Sequence record: MK524178.1
DNA length: 64,000 nucleotides
Source: Escherichia phage PHB12
Reading direction: 5' to 3' (one strand)
Part shown: piece after piece, positions 62,382-64,000 of the stretch
How positions within the stretch are numbered: the first letter of the stretch is position 1
Layout of the letters: each line of letters opens with the position of its first letter
Made by a program: the position numbers and the translations under genes
Notes under the pieces: model-generated
What the model was told of the DNA's origin: nothing
Seen by the model: only the letters and a program-made list of their open reading frames with translations
The model's database searches: none

Positions 62382-63950
62382 ATGACTACTATCAAAACTA
62401 AAGCTCAGCTCGTAGACAAATGGAAAGAACTGCTGGAAGGTGAAGGCCTGCCGGAAATCGCTAATAGCAAGCAGGCTATTATCGCTAAAATCTTCGAAAA
62501 CCAGGAAAAAGATTTCGAAGTATCCCCTGAATATAAAGACGAGAAAATCGCTCAGGCATTTGGTTCTTTCTTGACCGAAGCTGAAATTGGTGGTGACCAT
62601 GGTTATAATGCTCAGAACATCGCAGCAGGTCAAACCTCTGGTGCAGTAACCCAGATTGGGCCAGCAGTTATGGGTATGGTTCGTCGTGCTATTCCTAATC
62701 TGATCGCTTTTGATATTTGTGGTGTTCAGCCTATGAACAGCCCTACCGGTCAGGTATTTGCTCTCCGTGCAGTATATGGTAAAGACCCTATCGCTGCTGA
62801 CGCTAAAGAAGCTTTCCATCCGATGTATGCCCCAGACGCGATGTTCTCTGGTCAGGGTGCTGCTAAGAAATTCCCAGCTCTGGCTGCTAGCACACAAACC
62901 GTTGTAGGTGATATCTATACTCACTTCTTCCAGGAAACTGGTACTGTGTATCTGCAAGCTTCCGCTGTAGTAACAATCGATGCTAGTGCTAACGATGCAA
63001 CTAAACTGGATGCTGAAATTAAGAAACAAATGGAAGCTGGTGCACTGGTAGAAATCGCTGAAGGTATGGCTACTTCTATCGCTGAACTTCAGGAAGGCTT
63101 CAATGGTTCTACCGACAACCCGTGGAACGAAATGGGCTTCCGTATCGACAAACAAGTTATTGAAGCTAAATCTCGTCAGCTGAAAGCAGCTTACTCCATC
63201 GAATTGGCACAAGACCTCCGTGCAGTACACGGTATGGATGCTGATGCTGAACTGAGCGGTATTCTTGCTACTGAAATTATGCTGGAAATCAACCGTGAAG
63301 TTGTTGACTGGATTAACTACTCCGCTCAGGTTGGTAAATCTGGTATGACTAATATCGTTGGTTCTAAAGCTGGTGTATTTGACTTCCAGGACCCGATTGA
63401 TATCCGTGGTGCTCGTTGGGCCGGTGAAAGCTTTAAAGCTCTGTTGTTCCAGATTGATAAAGAAGCAGTTGAAATTGCTCGTCAAACCGGTCGTGGTGAA
63501 GGTAACTTCATTATCGCTTCCCGTAACGTAGTTAACGTACTGGCTTCAGTTGATACTGGTATTTCTTACGCTGCACAGGGTCTGGCTTCTGGTTTTAATA
63601 CCGACACTACTAAGTCTGTATTTGCCGGTGTACTTGGTGGTAAATACCGCGTATACATAGACCAGTATGCTAAACAGGATTACTTCACCGTTGGTTACAA
63701 AGGCGCTAACGAAATGGACGCAGGTATCTACTATGCTCCGTACGTTGCACTTACCCCACTGCGTGGTTCCGATCCTAAGAACTTCCAGCCGGTAATGGGC
63801 TTTAAAACTCGTTACGGTATCGGTGTTAACCCGTTTGCTGAAAGTTCCCTGCAGGCTCCAGGTGCTCGCATCCAGTCCGGTATGCCGTCTATCCTGAACA
63901 GCCTTGGTAAGAACGCTTACTTCCGCCGTGTATATGTAAAAGGCATCTAA
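62382..63950 (+). CDS. 23: major capsid protein
   Basis: 522 aa; closely matches T4 gp23 as recalled (MTTIKTKAQLVDKWKELLEGEGLPEIANSKQAIIAKIFENQEKDF...). Confidence 0.96.
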   Translation: MTTIKTKAQLVDKWKELLEGEGLPEIANSKQAIIAKIFENQEKDFEVSPEYKDEKIAQAFGSFLTEAEIGGDHGYNAQNIAAGQTSGAVTQIGPAVMGMVRRAIPNLIAFDICGVQPMNSPTGQVFALRAVYGKDPIAADAKEAFHPMYAPDAMFSGQGAAKKFPALAASTQTVVGDIYTHFFQETGTVYLQASAVVTIDASANDATKLDAEIKKQMEAGALVEIAEGMATSIAELQEGFNGSTDNPWNEMGFRIDKQVIEAKSRQLKAAYSIELAQDLRAVHGMDADAELSGILATEIMLEINREVVDWINYSAQVGKSGMTNIVGSKAGVFDFQDPIDIRGARWAGESFKALLFQIDKEAVEIARQTGRGEGNFIIASRNVVNVLASVDTGISYAAQGLASGFNTDTTKSVFAGVLGGKYRVYIDQYAKQDYFTVGYKGANEMDAGIYYAPYVALTPLRGSDPKNFQPVMGFKTRYGIGVNPFAESSLQAPGARIQSGMPSILNSLGKNAYFRRVYVKGI

Positions 63951-63974
63951 TCTTAATTGATTAAATCTTATTTT

Positions 63975-63999
63975 GGGAGACTTCGGTCTCCCATTTTTG
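63975..63999 (+). terminator. intrinsic terminator after gene 23
   Basis: GGGAGAC-ttcg-GTCTCCC hairpin followed by ATTTTTGG. Confidence 0.75.
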
Positions 64000-64000
64000 G

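Overview
This window is a segment of a T4-like myovirus genome (Tequatrovirus type), read from protein similarity to remembered T4 sequences; no database search was run. Positions 1-35519 are the minus-strand early/middle region: nrdG, nrdD, gene 49, nrdC, a block of about 15 poorly characterised ORFs, rI, tk, regB, vs.4 (Acb2), denV, lysozyme e, nudE, a second block of accessory ORFs, two tRNAs, 57B (Acb1), 57A and genes 1, 3, 2, 4. Positions 35437-63950 are the plus-strand late structural module, genes 53 through 23 in canonical T4 order. The most interesting material is in the accessory blocks: a tandem family of three small proteins ending in a conserved W-[VI]-[SA]-S-S-x-x-C tail, five proteins (four membrane) sharing a C-terminal E-x-F-[IV]-x-E-C-R tail, six internal-protein-like genes with the MKTYQEFI capsid-targeting leader, and a cluster holding a P-loop ATPase, a Pol-beta-type nucleotidyltransferase and a winged-helix protein. 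ORF-track coordinates include the stop codon, and some ORF-track starts are non-ATG, so refined starts are given where I could verify them. Coordinates I derived by hand (RNAs, hairpins, promoters, small ORFs) may be off by a base or two.
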